Part shown: positions 1 to 13,009 of the stretch, piece after piece
Layout of the letters: each line of letters starts with the position of its first letter
How positions within the stretch are numbered: the stretch's first letter is position 1
NCBI GenBank assembly: GCA_000934665.2
Contig: KZ538140.1
Location: forward strand, 62,001 to 126,000
From: Catajapyx aquilonaris
Taxonomy: Eukaryota
Reading direction: 5' to 3'
DNA: 64,000 nt
Made by a program: the position numbers and the translations under genes
The notes under the pieces: model-generated
What the model was told of the DNA's origin: nothing
Databases searched by the model: none
The model's input: only the letters and a program-made list of their open reading frames with translations

Positions 1-3000
1 CCATGATTGATGTAAGATTGATAGAGGAATGCAATGAATTGCGTGCAAAATTCAGTTCTGTTATTACTTTTTTTATGCGCAAAAAAGTTTTAGAGGTTGC
101 TTCTGAGAAACTTGGGGAGTTGTTGGAGCTGGAAGGATAGGAAATGAAGCTGCCTTGTGTCAAAGTCTATGCGGGCCTAATTATTGAGCCGGGATAATGC
201 CATAGGCGGAAGGAAAGAGGGTCTTAACTGCAGGCAGGCAAGCCCAGGCAGGCGACTTGATAATTATAAAATAATTTCAGGGGGTTAACTTCGTATCGTC
301 GTCGCTGCTGCTACGCTGCTTCGTTACATTGCCTCTCGTTTTTTGGTGGGAGCCAAGGCACACCTAATAGCTTTGATGATGAGTTCTAATTCCTCTGCTG
401 CAAAAGTGGGGCGGTCCAAAGTTTCGCGACGCGCGAATTATTGGAACTCTGATACCTGATAGGGAAGGATTTGATTGGCTCATTTGCAACGAGGTGTGCA
501 ATATTGGAGGGTGGGAAATACATGCTTAATTTTTATGTAAGTTATTTGAAGCAAAAATATTTCTCCAGTAATTTTGGACTTTTGTGTATAGAACAACCTA
601 CTTGTCAGATCGAACAGTAGTGGAGTGTAGAAGCAACAAAGGACTTTTCTTCTTCCCTGTCAATTGTCAGTGCAAGAGTTTTTGAGGGACAGGTCGTGCC
701 CTAGTAGTGTGTACTAAGGGGACGAGGAGCCAGCAGCCACTGGGAGGGGGTAACCAGATCCGCCCATTGCTTTCTATCTCCTGCCTGTACTTCTCGGTGC
801 GAGAGGCGTGGGAGAAATGGGAAGTGGAAGAAGCTCCTCTGCACTTTGGCCATCCCGCACACCATTTCTCCAAGGGCCATCAGGAACGGAAGCACTTGGC
901 ATATTGATTTTCCCTCGCGAATAATTCAGGAGGCCACCCCTGCTGCTTTCAAAAAAAAAAGTGAGAGCCAGAGAGAGTGAGAGAGAGAGAAGGCTGAATC
1001 CCTGGCCTGGCTGAAAATTAGCTTATTTTCCGCCTATGAATGTACGACTGGAATACGATTTTTTAAAACACAGAGCTACCATTAAAACTACGGTTTAAAA
1101 TGGGTTAACCTACATCAGTGTCAGGGGAGGGTATTCCAATAATTTAATAAATTTAGCTGTTTAAAACCCATTTGATATATATTTGACACCTGCTTTGATG
1201 GGGCTTCGTTTGTTTCGTTATTTGGTAATAATTATGAGGTTATGTTTATGGTTAGGCTGAATTTGGCCTCATTGTTATTTGTCATTTATTGTTAAAAACA
1301 CCACCCTGAACTTTTAATACAAATAATTTATGCTCATAATATAATTAACAAAACAGTCGAATATAAGCTCAAAGTGTTAATAATAATTTAGAACTTATGT
1401 GTGGATTTTAAAACCAAACTTCACGGCCAAAAAAATCACTATAATTGCAAGCACATTTTACAGAAAATTTGCACAAAAGCCGAGCATGAATACAGTATAG
1501 CTGAAGTGCAATGAGGAAAATTATCCAGGCAGTGAGAAGCGTCGGGTGTTACAAACGTTTCCATAAATTCCTTCGATCCAACGCCAGAAAGAAAAACACT
1601 AGAGGGTTCTTCTGGTGGCGGTTGTAGGTGTACCCAGCTGTCTTAGATTTAGGATAATATTAGTACAGCACCAGAAGTGAGCCGCAGGTAAATATTTGTC
1701 CGGAGGATTTTTTTTTTTTTGAAGTGGCTCTCTCCATATCTGAGAAAATGTTTATATCCCAAGTTAACGAGACTGATGTAAAGTTGGAGCAAGCCAGATG
1801 GAATTCTTTTCAGTCTTAAAAAATATACGGTTATAAACTATTCCCAATTATCAACCACAACACTTTTGACACATCTTCGTAGCACTTTCCACACTTTGAA
1901 CATTTCCATGAATTTTTCACTCTTTCTCCGGAAAGCCTGACAGCTAACGAGGTGGTTCTGAGTGTCGACGGAAGGTGTTTTTTCTTCCCTTTTTTCTTCT
2001 TCTTATTTTTTTCCCCTCCGCCTGAAAACAATTCACCCTCACATCCCAAACGAGGAAGAAAAAGAAGAAAAAAAAAGCTGAAGTTTTCACAACAAAGGCG
2101 TTTCCACAGAACTGCATTCAACTTATCCCGAAACCTTGGCAGTATCACATGAAACCACATTGGTGGCTTTAAAAGTCTTTCAAACAGAGCCATTTTTTGA
2201 ATGTGGGCTGGGAAATAAAGGGCAGAGACAAGTGTATTCAATTTGTATTCGGGTTTTGAAATCTATCTTTGGTGACCTCATTTTTTTATATTCTTCCGGA
2301 CTCGAAGTTTATTCCCCTCAGGGGTTATTTGGAAGTCGTGGCCTGCTGGAAAGGGGGGAAAAAAGGTACATTTTTGCAGGTAGAGTTCAGTTAGGGGAGG
2401 GAAAGAGTGCCGTAATAAATCTCTGGGAGTTCATTGGGCCCACGTGACGCTGACTTTTCCAGTCTTCTCACGACATAAAGGATTTCCGTCTCTTATATAA
2501 AAAACTGGGCGGCAGTTCCAGAAGAATTCCATCATAATTCTCGATTTTCCACTTCTTGTGAACTGTAAAAGACTGGAATTTACCTTAGGATAGGATAGTA
2601 AACGACCGTTTTATAACTTAGTTTTCATTGCAAATGACTTGATTGTTATCAATAGCCTACTGTACACCAAACAATTGTAAATAATTCTGTAAAATGGATG
2701 CATTAGTTTTATTGAATTTCCTGCCAATTTTTTTTTTATTAAATTATTGAGCCGATGCGATGCCATAAATAAATATTTACTGTGGTTATAGCCAAAGCAT
2801 GAACTGCATACTAGGTGCTATTATTTCATTTCATTTGATTTATTTTTGACACTACATCACAGTATGTGCCCATTAGGAGAATTTTAAAATAACTTATACA
2901 TTAAATACATATGTGAATGGCCAAAGTATGAAGATACTTGATGTGTCATCATTTGTAACGAAACCAAATTTCGCAAATAATTAAGCGCCTTAAATATTAT

Positions 3001-4547
3001 CATAGCTTTTGTTAAACGTGGCGTGATGACAAAGTGGTTAAACACGGAATTTATTAAACTGTTTTGCTTCCCTTCCGTTAGCAAACGCCAAAGTTGGGCT
3101 AAGCTTATAATCTGATCCGCTATCTTTGGCAACGTTTCCCGGAACTCAACTCGCTGACAAATCTCTTCTCCAATAATAATGTGAAAGGATGATGAACCTT
3201 TTAAATCAACTTTTGCGGGATTCACGTCTCAACAGGGATTGCAAAGCCGGATCTAACCGGAGCCAATATTTTTAGTGGAAGTGCTGAAAATTGTGTAAAA
3301 TTAGGAAGCAGACGCTTGTCTGGTTGGTAAGAATATATGACCAATCATTGCAACCTAGAGACGGTTTTTGGAGCTCCTGTTTTTTTAAAAAAACTGGGGA
3401 CATGATACACTCTTGAACTGTCAGGAAGAGGAAAAGAAAGAGAAAAAAAAGTGTCGGAAATGGAAAGAAGAATGAGAAGTGGATGGAATGGGAATTTGCA
3501 AAAGGACGGAAACCGAGAAAAGAGGGTCGGCTCCGTAGTCAAGGTAACAGCATAGAACTTCTAGCACCTCATCAGTTGGGCCTAAAAGACTGGAAGATGT
3601 TCAGAGAGGGGACAAGTTTGTGTGGAAAGGCGTTTTCGAATTAAATTTCTGAGCCTTTGCATATATTTTGACGGACAGGGACAGAAATATACATGAAGCT
3701 TGTCCAACGGAAGCGAGAGGAAAGTCAGTTTTCTCCAGGTCTGCAAATTTTGTTCCGCGCATCAACATCAGAGGTCTTTCCCGGAAACTCGAAATTGTGG
3801 CCATAACGTGGAAAGCATGGCAATAATATTTGGAGGTATAAACGAATGAAATGCGGTCATGTAACATCCGGTCTATTACAGAAATGGGATAAGCTTGTGA
3901 GTCAAAAAATATTTAACAAATTAATATTCCGAAACCAGATTTCTGGTTGAAAGTTAAGTTCACATCTGCTTTGATTACATTTTTAGAACCGTTTCAAGAA
4001 GCTATATTATATTTCCATTTCTTATTCAATTTAGCACTGATTTAGCCCTCAATTTAGTGGCCAAGGCAACAAGTTTCAGCCTATCCCAACGTTGTGGTGA
4101 GACCATTCACGGTTGACTTGAGGCGTGCTTCTGAACGTTCGGTGTGAAACAGTGGGATAGACAAAGAGGACGGGTGGTGAAAAAAAAGTGTTTGGAAGCC
4201 AGAGCAGTTAGAAGCTATCCACCCAGGAAGGAGAAACAAAAGGTCTTGTGAGAGATCCAGGCAAGAGGCAATAACTCATTTCACGGATGGCGTGGCTCCA
4301 AAGGCTTGGCACAATCTGGGGCGATCAGATTTCCTGCCCGCCATCTCCTTCCGTCACTCGGGCTGCTCGCCAAAGGGCCTGTTGAACATGAGTTCCAACC
4401 GTTGACCCTTTCATATATTTTTGAAAAATGAAAAAAAATATAACACATAACCTGACAACATGAATTATCTTCTCTGTTCACTCCTCTGTCTATAGACAAC
4501 GAGTTGGCACGTCAGGTTTCCTTTGAAGTGACAACGGCTAAGGGGAC

Positions 4548-4583
4548 GGGCTAGGCCTAGCTAGGCCTAGCTAGGCCTAGCCC
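4548..4583. repeat. Perfect 36-bp palindrome GGG(CTAGGCCTAG)3CCC
   Basis: Three tandem self-complementary 10-mers at 4551-4580, flanked by GGG and CCC; a further partial unit follows. Confidence 0.9.
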
Positions 4584-6927
4584 TAGGCCATAGAGCAGGT
4601 CAAAGACTCTGAATTAAGAGTCTCTGAAGTGATTAACCCATTGAACCCGAGTAGTGACCGGACTTGGAAGTAGAGGACATGTATTTCATCAGGCATTCCT
4701 GGCGAGGTCACATTCGAACTAGAAAAGGAAGATAAGTGAGGAAGTTGGCAATTGCATTCCTGGGCGCCTTGGGCTGCTGAAAAAAGTGGGGACCTGGGAA
4801 ATGGAAGGAAGTCTAGCTGGCTTGCAGGTCATGCTGGGAAAGGCTTTTCAGGCTTGCCCGGATCATTCTCATCCCATTCTAACAAGCAGACACTGCAGGC
4901 CGAGCTGGGACGTGATGGGGAAAAGAATGCCCTCCCAGTCGTCGTGTCTGCACACATGCTACCAATCTGAGCAGTAAAATGGATCAATTTTGTCCAGTTT
5001 GTGAGTTACGGGCCGGGAAATATTCAAAAGGGCGACAAGAATGACGTGTAGTTTTTCATTTCCATTCAGAACGGGTGTGGGTTCATTTGAGATTTGGACT
5101 AGTGTGTTTGGAAATTCACAGTGTGACTTGATTTTGGCTCAAGTGGAAGCTCATGATTCTAGTGTTTGTGACATGATTCACTAACAATCCCTCTTACGGT
5201 TGAAGTGAAGTTACCACAAAATCATCCCTTTTTTCTGAAAAGTTGGCATATTGTACTATTGAGGGGGAGATTATGGGAATTTCAGCTAACTTTATACATG
5301 GAAGGTGCGATCCTCCAAACCCCCTCACTTTTGTCCCCCTCTCTTCTGCGCTTACTTTTTTTCCCCTCAACTCCGGCCATCTAATTTGGGTATAACAAGG
5401 GGAAATGAGGCTGATGCAAGGCAAAGTAACGCCTGCCAACTGCCGACGAGGACGTGAAATTTAATTTGCCAGAAAAGTCGCTGTCAAGCAGTTCTTTTCT
5501 TTTTAGCAGGCAAAGTGGCACATAAGAAGGAAGATTTTTTTTACCTCCCCATATACCCTCCCCTCTACGATTTTTTTTTCATCCAGCCCGAGCCAGGGGA
5601 TGACTAGACACTAAGGGAGGCAAAGTGTCTTCCAAAAGCTAGTTAAGAGCTTTCATTATCCGTGTTAATGCACTCTTCCAAACAAAATCGAGGAGCAATA
5701 AGGCTTATTAAACTTTTTTTTCCAGCCCTTGCCTCTAGTACTATAAGGTGGGAATTAAAAGGGCTGCGAAGAAATGAGAATGAACAGGGACGTTGCGTAT
5801 AGCTACTAATATTTGCTCGCGGCTTTTACTAATCCTAAAACACTTTTACAGCCCCCGAAACATTTACAGAATGTCCTGCGTTCAATGTAGGCAAATTATG
5901 TCACTTCCTGTTTTTGTCCATGAAAAGCCTGAATGTGTAATGAAGTTAGCCAAGCCATAAAGCAATTAATTACGAATTAGTGGAAACTACAAGGGCTTGA
6001 TATATCTCAAATTAAGAAGGAACATACTCTTCCTCGTGTATTGTCAGCACCTATACATAGTCAGCGTTAATACAACTGTCCATTATACAGCCAGCTGTAT
6101 TAAAATACCTGTATTTTAAAACATTGCCAATTATTCAATTTGTAAAGTTTCTTCTTAATTTAATCTAATTTTGTGTATAGCTTTCTTACAACTTGGCCTC
6201 ATGTAACATCGTGCTTACGAGCCAAATCTAAATAACGCATTAGTGTGATTAAAACGACAAAACTGTAAGGAGAGGTAATCGCTGTTGTTGCTTCCAACCG
6301 CACATCTCCCAAGTTTGGGTGACACATAAATTAATCTTCCTCTTAGAACCACCCTAATTAAAGACTTTCCAATCAGGAAAATTACATCTCTATTGTAAGT
6401 CCCCTATCACTTTGGTGGCAAGGTAATGTTCTTCAGGGGACGAGTCGGGGGTAAAAGCAATGCTTGGCAGCGTTTCTCCATGCACCCCCAGGGAGTGTTC
6501 GCTGCCATTATGGGGTCATTGGGCTAATTAGTCCGCATTTTCACTACCCTGTTTGTGACGTAGTTTATACCTCTAGTAGAAATGATTTTCTCTCCCATGC
6601 GGTTGCCAACAGACCGCAGAATTTATTCGGCCAGATTCCACGTCTGAATACAGTACTCGCTTGCACTGTGTAATGAGTTAAACTCCTGTCTGCTCACCCA
6701 TAGTACAGAATTGTACATTAAATTTTACATATTTTTGTTGTAGTGTTGGAAATAACAAGTCCTTAAGATGCCAAGCACATTGCCAGGTGCAGCTTACAGG
6801 GTGATTAAATTATAACATCCGGAGAAGAATTTCACGGGTTAACCAGTTTTATTGGAAACTCATAACGCCGCACGAGTTTAGGAAACTCGGCTGAAGAATG
6901 AAAATGAAAAATAGTTGATCGTGCCTT

Positions 6928-6948
6928 NNNNNNNNNNNNNNNNNNNNN
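6928..6948. other. Assembly gap (21 N)
   Basis: Run of N next to a C-rich tract. Confidence 0.98.
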
Positions 6949-8159
6949 CCGCCCCTCCCTTCCCTATTCTCCCTCCTCCCAGAATCGATCTTGAGGAAGT
7001 TTGCAGTGGGACCCGACTTGTATACGAGGTCTCCCCAACCGTCCTCAACTTTGACCAAAGTGGCTGTGTAAACTTTGCAGATAAGTCGACTGTGACAGAA
7101 TTTCCTTTATCTACTCCGCCATGCTTTTAAATTTTCGGGGTCCAGAAAGCATGTTGGTGCGGGGAAGGGAGAGACTAAGTAATGTAAAGATAATGCTTCC
7201 AAGAAAGTGCGGGACTCTGTAAGAGACTCTATATATATATTTTTAGCTCGCATATTTTTTTTGCTTTGCAAAAACCCCTATGGGGGAGGAATGAGGCGCG
7301 GAATTACATGCAACGGGGTCCCTGCTCTATGATGCCTGATTCATGACTAACAGGGGACTCCTAAATCGGAGCTTGTATCGTATTTTAGGGGGGTTAAATG
7401 TCTCTCGGTTTTACGTTGCCAGAACAGGTTTTTCAACCCAGAGATGGCGGGTGGGTGATAGGCAGTTTTTATTTTTGGAAAGAAAAAAAAAAGTTTGCAG
7501 GACAGGGTCATTACATGGGGATGGAAATGAGGGGTTAAAAACAGTGTTGCTGAAAGTTGATATGAGTAATGAGTCTGGGCAAGGTTTGAACTTTTATTAG
7601 GGGTGATTTGTGTAGTGTGGAGTTAGGGGGTGTTTCTTATTCGTGTTTCCGTGTAGATAACTCTTCACAAGCACCCAATCTCCCCCGTTTTTTGATTGCG
7701 ACGCGGTTTTTATGCCATGCATGATGTTGTGCGAAGGTGTATTCAGAAGAATGTAAACGGGACGGAAAACTGGGGGGGTTGTGTTCATAAAAAAATTGTT
7801 CGGGGAGGAAAAAAATAGGGGCCATATATTTTTGAACAATGTCGACACCCATCAGAAACCACTAAATCTAGATAGAATCGGATACTTTGAGTGTATTTTA
7901 AAACATAGTCTGCATAATTAATTTTTTAAAGTTAGTAGTGGCAGCGATGTGAATAGTGAAGCGAGTAATTTTGGTGCAAAACTGATTTAGAGTTAACTTA
8001 CACAATTGTTATGAAATATGCAACATGATAACACACTGTAGGCCCTACTGTACTGTACTGACTGCTTTTATGTGCATACATATGATCCATATCATCATGC
8101 AAGTTAGGCCCACTGTTGAATTTGCTGTCGTTGAACGTTTCCTGACCATCCATTAATGC

Positions 8160-8267
<108 letters not shown>

Positions 8268-11200
8268 GTGGCTAGCCTCATAATGAGCAACAAATATAAA
8301 AATTTTGAGTTGTAGTGTTTGAAATATCGATGATTACTTAATTATTCGTATTATCATTTGACTAGTGTTCACCCCAGGACAATGGCGAAGCTGGTAAGAT
8401 TTAGAAAATATTTCGATCCCTCATCTGAGTGGAAAGCTCACAAAATGCTATCCATGTCCGTTTAAACGCTCTAAAAGAGAAAGCCCGCCTGCCATATCAG
8501 AAATGGTCCCCCTGCCTTCTCTCCTTGTCATTTATACACGTTTTCCTTGTAGTATCCTAACGTTTTTAGCGTCAAGCCCCGAGATTATTAATTTACTTTC
8601 CTTCCCTTGTTTTGTTCACCGAAAATTCCGTTTAGGACCGAGGGAAAAGAAAATTGGCAGATAACTCGCAGCTGCCTCCTCCTTTTCCTGCTGCCAAACC
8701 TTCCTCCCCCTTTGCAGCTCTTGCCTTTTTCCTGTTACATCAAGCGCCCTATCGCTATTCTGCCTGACCGCTCTCACTCAACGGGGATGAGAAAGAAGTT
8801 TGTGGAAGTGGCACGAGAGAAAGAGGACCTAGAGTAGAAAATGAAAAGCATCTCTCTCTCTCCTCCTCCTCCTTTTCCACCCCCCTGAAAACCCCCTCCC
8901 TGTCCCATTCCATCCCTGTTAGAATCCTCTGATCAAAATCACAAGTTTTGATTCCTGAGGCTCTCCTGGGATGGATGGGAAGTTTTTGACAATTAGTGCC
9001 CCAAAATGGAGAGTCACTGCCAGATTTTTGGGATAGAAGAATCATTTATGGATTACGTCTGATAGGTTTTCATTCATTTTTTTATAGTCAATTCTCACAT
9101 AAGTGAAGATTCTTTTGCCTGCGGAGGCACATCATTTTTTTTTTAAAAAAAAAGACGAAAACCCTGGGTGAGTGCGGAATGGCAGAGCTCTCTTCCTATT
9201 TTTTCTTCATCATTTCCAGCCATGGCGTCTCGACGCTAATGCGTCTCGACGACGGATGCTGCCGACAAGTCTTAATGAAATGAAACGCCAACCTCGCCGC
9301 CCTTTCACTTCCAAGATTATGTGAAAAGCTCGGGGCGAAAAGCGTTCAATTTGCGTTGTGCTTCATATTGAGTGATGTTGAAGACTAAGTGGAATGAGTC
9401 TCGGCAGGCGTCGTAATAATAATAGAGGAGAAGGAGTTCGAGAAAAGTACCTGTGCCCTGTTTTCCTTTCGGGTTAACTTTATTCCAAAGGGGGGGTGAA
9501 TGCAGTGTTTACATATGAAACAGTGCGAAGGAATGGCCCTTGAAATATTATTTGCTCAAACTCTCAGTTATGGAAGTTGTGATACAGTTCTTCCTATCAC
9601 AATAAAGCCAGAAACTTGTTGGATGTTTATTATGGCAGATTCCGCCACTGTGCGTCCTACGTTCAGTGTCGACATCTATCGGCTAACTTCTTCATATCCG
9701 GCCAGGATTTTCAGGCAATGTATTACAACTCTTGGCGACCTCCTTCCAGGAGTTACAACGTTCTTCCGGACAAACCCGGAACACTTCCACCTTCATTTTC
9801 TCCGGAGCCCCCGACACGCCTTTATTGTCTCTAAATCAGCGGGGCTGCCCATCCTCCGTGGCAGGTGTGACAGGCCCTCTTTCCCTCACCTATTCCTGCT
9901 CCGTCTTAGAAATTTCTCCATTCCTTGCTGGAGTCTGCTGCAAATTCTACTACCTAACCACCCCCCCCCNCCCGCCCCCTTTTCTAGCATCTCTGGCTGC
10001 TGCAATATAACCCCCGCACCTTAATTTCCATAGAGCAGGGGCAGCAGCGGGGAACTGCGAACCATGAAATTGTTTCGGCGCTGATGCAGAGGCGGATGGA
10101 TGGCCTCCAGAAGAGGAAAGGATTGTAATTACGGACGCACACGTGACTGATATACTCACTGCGCAAACTAGAGGGGGCCCCTACTTTCTTTCCTTGCCAG
10201 ATGACGGATTAGGACAAACTAGAAGACCATCTAGTTTGCACAAGTATACTTTATATTATGGACCCTGTGTGGAGCACACGAGATTGGAGATTGTACAGTA
10301 CAGGAAACATGTCTGTAGGGACTTCTGTGTAACTTTTGTTATGAAACTGTCTTTACTATCAGAAAGCACGCTTTACTACAGAGTATAGACGGTATTCCCC
10401 AAGTAGCCCATTGCAGTGCTTTTGAGGCTTAATATATCTGCTGTTCATGCTTGTTCTATTTATTCACACTCCTTTTGACATTTAGCGCCATACATTGGCA
10501 AATTGCAAGAGAGGCTTGACGCTTAAGTGTGAGAAGATACCTTAGGGCTGTGGGGTTTAGAAATGGGGGTCTGGGAGGATGAATAAAGCCATTGCTCTGC
10601 CACCTAGGAATTTCATCTTGGAGGTACCCGAAGGGTTCTAGAAGCTGTAGTTTTAAAGCCGGGTGTAGGTAAGTCGGAGGGAAGGGGAGGAGGCAAAATA
10701 TATTCATAACTGGCGACTGTTAGTCCGCGTCTTAGTGATCCTCCTCCTCCCCACCACCACACTGCCACCTACCCCCTTCCTCCCACCCTCGAAAATCCGA
10801 AATTAGCACGTCTCCCTGGGCTGGTTCCTAATTCCATATTGCCATCGGGCGAGTGCTTACGTTCCAAAGTCTTAATGACATTCATTATATTTCCAACAGT
10901 TTCACTGCCGAGCGCATCTGCATAATAAGCCGTACCTCGTCCTAGCATAGGTCTCCAAACCATTCCCTCCCCCGTCTCAAACCCCCTTTCCTCCCCCCTC
11001 TCCTCTTCCTCCAACCCCTAACCATCCTCTATGCCTCTTTCAAATTCAAATTGATTCCAACAAAAGTGAACCAGGCGGCGAAGAGAAGCGCTATGATAAT
11101 TTTCCACATAAGGAATACGAGGTTGACGGGGGGGGGGGGGGGGAGGGAGGGGGGAGAGTTGCAAGGGAAGATTGGGCTCAACTATTGTTTGCTGGCGGGC

Positions 11201-11570
11201 CTTCCACAATCTCACTTGTGCTTTCTGGACTAGTTTGCTGGAACAATAGCGGCCTAATCGTTTATAAACCCATCCACCAACCCGTAATTAACAAATATTA
11301 AGGGAGTGGAAAGGACCCTGGGGGTTTTGGGTTTTGCAAAATCTGAGATATACCGGTACCTAACAGTATGGAAAAGTAAATCGAGAGTAAAAGTGATATT
11401 AATTGTAAGGTTGGTCCACTGGAACCTTTTCGTATAAAAATCTGTAAATTGTTGCTATAAATGTTGATAAAGCAAAACAAAAATTGTACACATATTGCTA
11501 TTATGTAAATAGTCCAAGCAGAAGCTCCTTTTCATTAAAATCAAAATTGATACATATGGCTTCCCTTTTG

Positions 11571-11620
11571 ATCACGTGATGCGACACCTGCTCCCTCTAG
11601 CCGCAGATGCGCATGCGCAT
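11571..11620. promoter_or_regulatory. Motif cluster: palindromic E-box ATCACGTGAT, CTCF-like site, NRF1-type palindrome ATGCGCATGCGCAT
   Basis: ATCACGTGAT at 11571-11580; CTGCTCCCTCTAGCCG at 11588-11603 (reverse complement CGGCTAGAGGGAGCAG, CTCF-like); ATGCGCATGCGCAT at 11607-11620. All within 50 bp in an otherwise AT-rich block. Function is inferred only. Confidence 0.4.
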
Positions 11621-12983
11621 AATTTTCTTTAAGGTTTGTAGGTTATCCCTGCCAATTGGCGTTATTGCCTGCCCCATATGTTTTTTAAAACAATAAATAC
11701 GGCTCGTTTTTTATTGACTGCACCTATAATAGTAACACAATAATTACAAACCAAACTTTGGTCCCATTACGCCGGATATTTAGGCTAAATTTAACCATTC
11801 TTTACTGTTACTATTCATTCTCACATCATGGACTCCATTTTCACTGGGTCTGTAAAATACTTGGACCAACACGACCCTCCCTAGAAATGAACTTTCGTGA
11901 AATGAAGCATGTAAGACGGATTTGGAGCCCAGAAAATCGAGCCTCATTTATAAAAATCACCCTCCCTCCTACCTCTTTTTCTCAAGCAAAAAAAAGGACC
12001 TGAAACGGAGGCGAAAAGCACACTAACCTGTTATTGGCATTTGCATCCATTCCGCCGGATGAAATTCAAGGCTTACAAATTATGCCGTGAATCTGACACC
12101 GTGATCCATGGACTTGGAAGGCACCCCCGCTAGAAAATAAAATGTGACTGAGTAATGTTCCTCCCTCGGTTTTTCGCAACACTTTGCAAGAAAATAATTT
12201 TACTAGAAGGTGGAGAGAAAAGCTGGAAATAGAATTTTCCACCCCCTACTCCCTACCCCCCACCCAACTACTTGAGCCCCCCCTTCAACGAGGTTTCTCG
12301 TCTCTTTGAAGTCAGCACGAAAAGGGCTTCTTTGTACGGTAGGGAGCAAGGTTCGGGTGGAAAAAGAAGCCTATTTGGTGCCATTAAAGCAGCCAGGAGT
12401 CGCTATCCTGGAGGCCAATTAATGTTGAGTTATTGCACATGTATAATAAAAGGGTGGGGGGGGGTTGGTAGGTAGGGGGCTCCAGGTAATCAAAGTTTGG
12501 GGAGAGTTTGGCATCAAACCCACCAAAAAAATGTATGATTAGAAATTAAGGGCTTAATAATCTGGTAAGCTGGTAGTGTACCAACAAACTGGAGGGGCTG
12601 ACGAAAATGCGACCCATTAAAACCACACCTTACGGACTCGAGTGGCGTGGGCTTCAATTAAGACGAGAAATGCTGAGTTTCTCCTCTCTCGAAACTTTAC
12701 TAAGGAGTCCAATTCTGGCGGGGGGTCTTGCCAACACAGAGCGATTTTGTGTGGCTGGTAGATTAATTGCTAGCAGCTTAAAATGAAACGCGGGGGCGTA
12801 AGGTTCTTTTCATCCGCAGGGTTTCGCTTCAAAGAGGAGGGGTGCACGTGGCAGGGACGTTGGAAAAGAGGGGGAAAAATTGGGGATGTATAGGTTTCTA
12901 CACCATAGTAGTGTTATCAGGCTACTCTATATAAAGGAGTGTATTAGGCCTATGTCATGGGGTGCAGCTTGCCCCACCCCTAC

Positions 12984-13009
12984 CACATTCGGTCTCCCAT
13001 AACGAAAGT
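12984..13009 (+). repeat. Dispersed 26-nt motif, copy 1
   Basis: CACATTCGGTCTCCCATAACGAAAGT, 25/26 identical to 45435-45460. Confidence 0.75.
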
